The notes under the pieces: generated by a model
What the model was told of the DNA's origin: nothing
What the model saw: the letters and a program-made list of their open reading frames with translations, nothing else
Databases searched by the model: none
NCBI GenBank assembly: GCA_030390025.1
Contig: CM059432.1
Span: 79,796,001 to 79,860,000, forward strand
Origin: Squalus acanthias
Taxonomy: Eukaryota
Direction of reading: 5' to 3'
Length of the DNA: 64,000 bases
Part shown: in pieces, positions 61,430 to 64,000 of the stretch
Position numbering within the stretch: position 1 is the first letter of the stretch
Layout: every line of letters begins with the position of its first letter
Position numbers and translations under genes: made by a program

Positions 61430-64000
61430 TCATAAAATCTTACAGCATAGAAGGAGTCCATCTGGCTCTTTGACAGAACTGTGCAATTTAGTCCCACACC
61501 CCAGCTTTTTCCCCATAACCCTGCAAATTAGTTCTCTTCAAGTACTTGTCCAATTGCTTTTTGAAAGTTTCTATGGAACCTGATTCCACCACCCTTTCAG
61601 GTCGTGCTTTCCCCATCTTAACAACCCTCTGTGTGAAGACATTTCTCCTAATTTCCCCTCCTAGTTCTTTTGCCAATTATTTTAAATCTATGCTCTCTGG
61701 TTATTGACCCACTTGCCAGAGGAAATAGTTTCTCCCTATTTGCTCTATCAAAACCCCTATTAGGTCGCTCCTTAACCTTCTCTACTCTTGAGGAGAACAA
61801 TCCCAGCTTCTCCAATCTCTCCCCATAACTGAACTCCCTCATCCCTGGTAAATCTCCTCTCTACCCTCTCCAGGGCCTTGACATCCTTCCTAAAGTGTGG
61901 TGCCCAGAATTGTATACAATACTCCAGCTGAGACCTAACCAGTGGTTTGTAAAGGTTTAGCATGACTTCCTTGTTTTTGTGTTCAACAAAAGCCAAATAG
62001 CCCATAAACTTTCTTAACTACCTGATCAACTTGCCCTGCCACCTTCAAGAACTTGTGAAAATGCACCCCCAGGTCCCTTTGCTCTTCCCCCACCCCCCAC
62101 CTCAAAATAATACCATTTAGATTATACTGTCTCTCCATGTTTCTCCCAAAGTGCATCACTTCACACTTTAGATTAAAATTGGGGATGTGCAAGAGGCCAG
62201 AAATGGAGGAGTGCAGAGATCTAAAAGGGTTGTAGGGCTTATCAATTGTAAATGACTTAAGTGAAGGAATAGAGATGCATATATCCAAGTTTGCTGATGA
62301 TTCTAAATTAGGTGGTACAATAAGTAGTGTAGATTGGAGCAGAAAGTTGCAAAGGGACATTGCTTGATTAAGTGAGTGGACAAAACTGATAAATGGAGCT
62401 CAAAGTGGGGGTCATCCACTTTGAACCAAGAAAGATAGAGCACAGTATTTTCTAAATGATAAAAAGCTAGGAACTGTGGAGGAGCAGTGAGATTTAGCGG
62501 TCCATCTACAGAAATCACAGCTAGTGGACAGGTACAAAAATAATTTAAAAGGCTAATGGAATGTTGGTCTTTATCTCACGGGGGCTGGAATATAAAGGGG
62601 TGGAAGTTATGCTACAGTTGTGTAAAGCCCTAGTTAGACCGCATCTGGAGTACTATGTTCAGTTCTGGACACTGTACCTCAGGAAGGATGTGGCCTTGGA
62701 GGGGGTGCAGTGCATATTCACCAGAATGATACCAGGGTAAAAAGGGTTAAATTATGAAGACGGTTTGCATAGACTAGGCTTGTATTTCCTTGCGTATAGA
62801 AGATTAAGGGGTGATTCAAGATGATTAAAGGTATTGATAGGTAGATAGAAAGAAACTATTTCCTCTGGTGGGGGAGTCTAGAACAAGGGGACATGACCTT
62901 AAAATTAGAGCTATATCATTCAGGGATGCTGTCACTGAGCACTTCACACAAAGGATAGTGGAAATCTGGGACTCAAAAAGCTGTTGAGGCTAGGTTAATT
63001 GAAAAATTCAAAACTGAGTGATAATTTTTTGTAAGGTAAGGGTATGAAGGGATATGGAGCAAAGATACAGATGATCAGTGATCTAATTGAATGGTGGAAC
63101 AGGCTCGAGGGGCTGAATGGCCTACTCCTGTTCCTAGAACTATAACCTCTTATGCCTGGTATCATTCTAGAGAATGTTTACTGTACCCTCTCCATTGCTT
63201 TTTAATGGGGTGCCTAGAACTGCACACCGTACTCCAACCGTGGCCTAACCAATATCTTGCACAAACTTAACACTTACTTGCTTTCAATGCCTTTATGCAT
63301 AAAATCCAGAAATCCATTTACCCTTTTTTTGATGGATAGATATCCATATACCTTTAGATCTGTTTCTCCACTCAATTAAGAATCTTACTATTTAGGGTAT
63401 ACTTCCTTTCCTTGTTATTTCTCCCAAAATGCGCTACGTTACATTTCTCTGCATTGAGCTGCATCCCCCACTTATGTACCCATTCTGCTAACCGATATAC
63501 TCCTGTAAACGCTTGTATTCTTTGCTACAACCACAAATTTGTCATCAGTAAATTTTGACATCATTCTTCCTGTGACCGTCCAAATATTTCTACAAATGGA
63601 ATACAAGAGGTCCTAGCACTACTCACATTCTGCCAATTTGAAAAATAGCCATTTACCCCAACTCTCTATTTTCTGTCCGCTAGCCATCTCACTATCCGTG
63701 TGCCTACATTCTTCAATAATACCATATGCCTTAATTTTCCTAACCAGTCTCTAATTCAATGTGTACCATGTTCTCTTATCTATACTCAGAAAATTCAATT
63801 AGTCAAACATGACCTGCCCTTTATGAATCCATGCTGACTGCTCCTAATTAGCCCATGCCTTTTAAGTGTTCACTAATTTTATCCCCTATGGACTTTAGAC
63901 GTTTACCCAGAACGAAGGTAAAACTAACTGACTTATTTCCTGGCTTATCCCTTGTCTCTTTGTTGAATAGGTTCTGTCACATATGCCACCCTCCAGTCCT
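61430..64000. mobile_element. Cluster of CR1 fragments (- 61430-62170, + 62245-63135, - 63140-64000)
   Basis: LEYCIQFWAPH, KFADDSKLGG and CR1 3' UTR motifs. Confidence 0.8.

Noticed and set aside
61161..64000. Exons of the expected downstream neighbour (ARFGEF1 in mammals, from recall)
   Set aside because: Only CR1/L2 fragments are recognisable; I can support no host exon here.

Overview
Vertebrate genomic DNA, almost certainly from a shark or other elasmobranch, judged by its HE1/V-SINE, Deu-SINE, CR1/HER1 and L2 content. The only host gene I can support is the 3' half of CSPP1 on the + strand: 13 coding exons from 1088 to the stop at 60716-60718, about 510 codons, with every intron GT-AG and phase-consistent, and AATAAA signals at 60872 and 61155. 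The introns are packed with transposons: (1) a nearly full-length but disrupted two-gene PIF/Harbinger (1633-5696), two internally deleted relatives and a swarm of Harbinger-type MITEs; (2) many CR1 and L2 LINE fragments; (3) two near-identical inverted HE1-type SINEs and Deu-SINEs; (4) a Tx1-like 3' end with a 13-bp TSD; (5) a hAT-like MITE; (6) two TSD-flanked Penelope-type mini-elements, one with a minimal hammerhead ribozyme core. Best leads: MITEs carrying convergent consensus 5' splice donors; the hammerhead mini-element in sense orientation in the pre-mRNA; inverted SINEs flanking a 402-nt three-exon block that would form a stop-free circle; and unclassified fold-back structures at 35.9-36.4 kb and 37.7-38.3 kb. 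Family names are from recall and were not database-checked. No prokaryotic system or CRISPR array is present.
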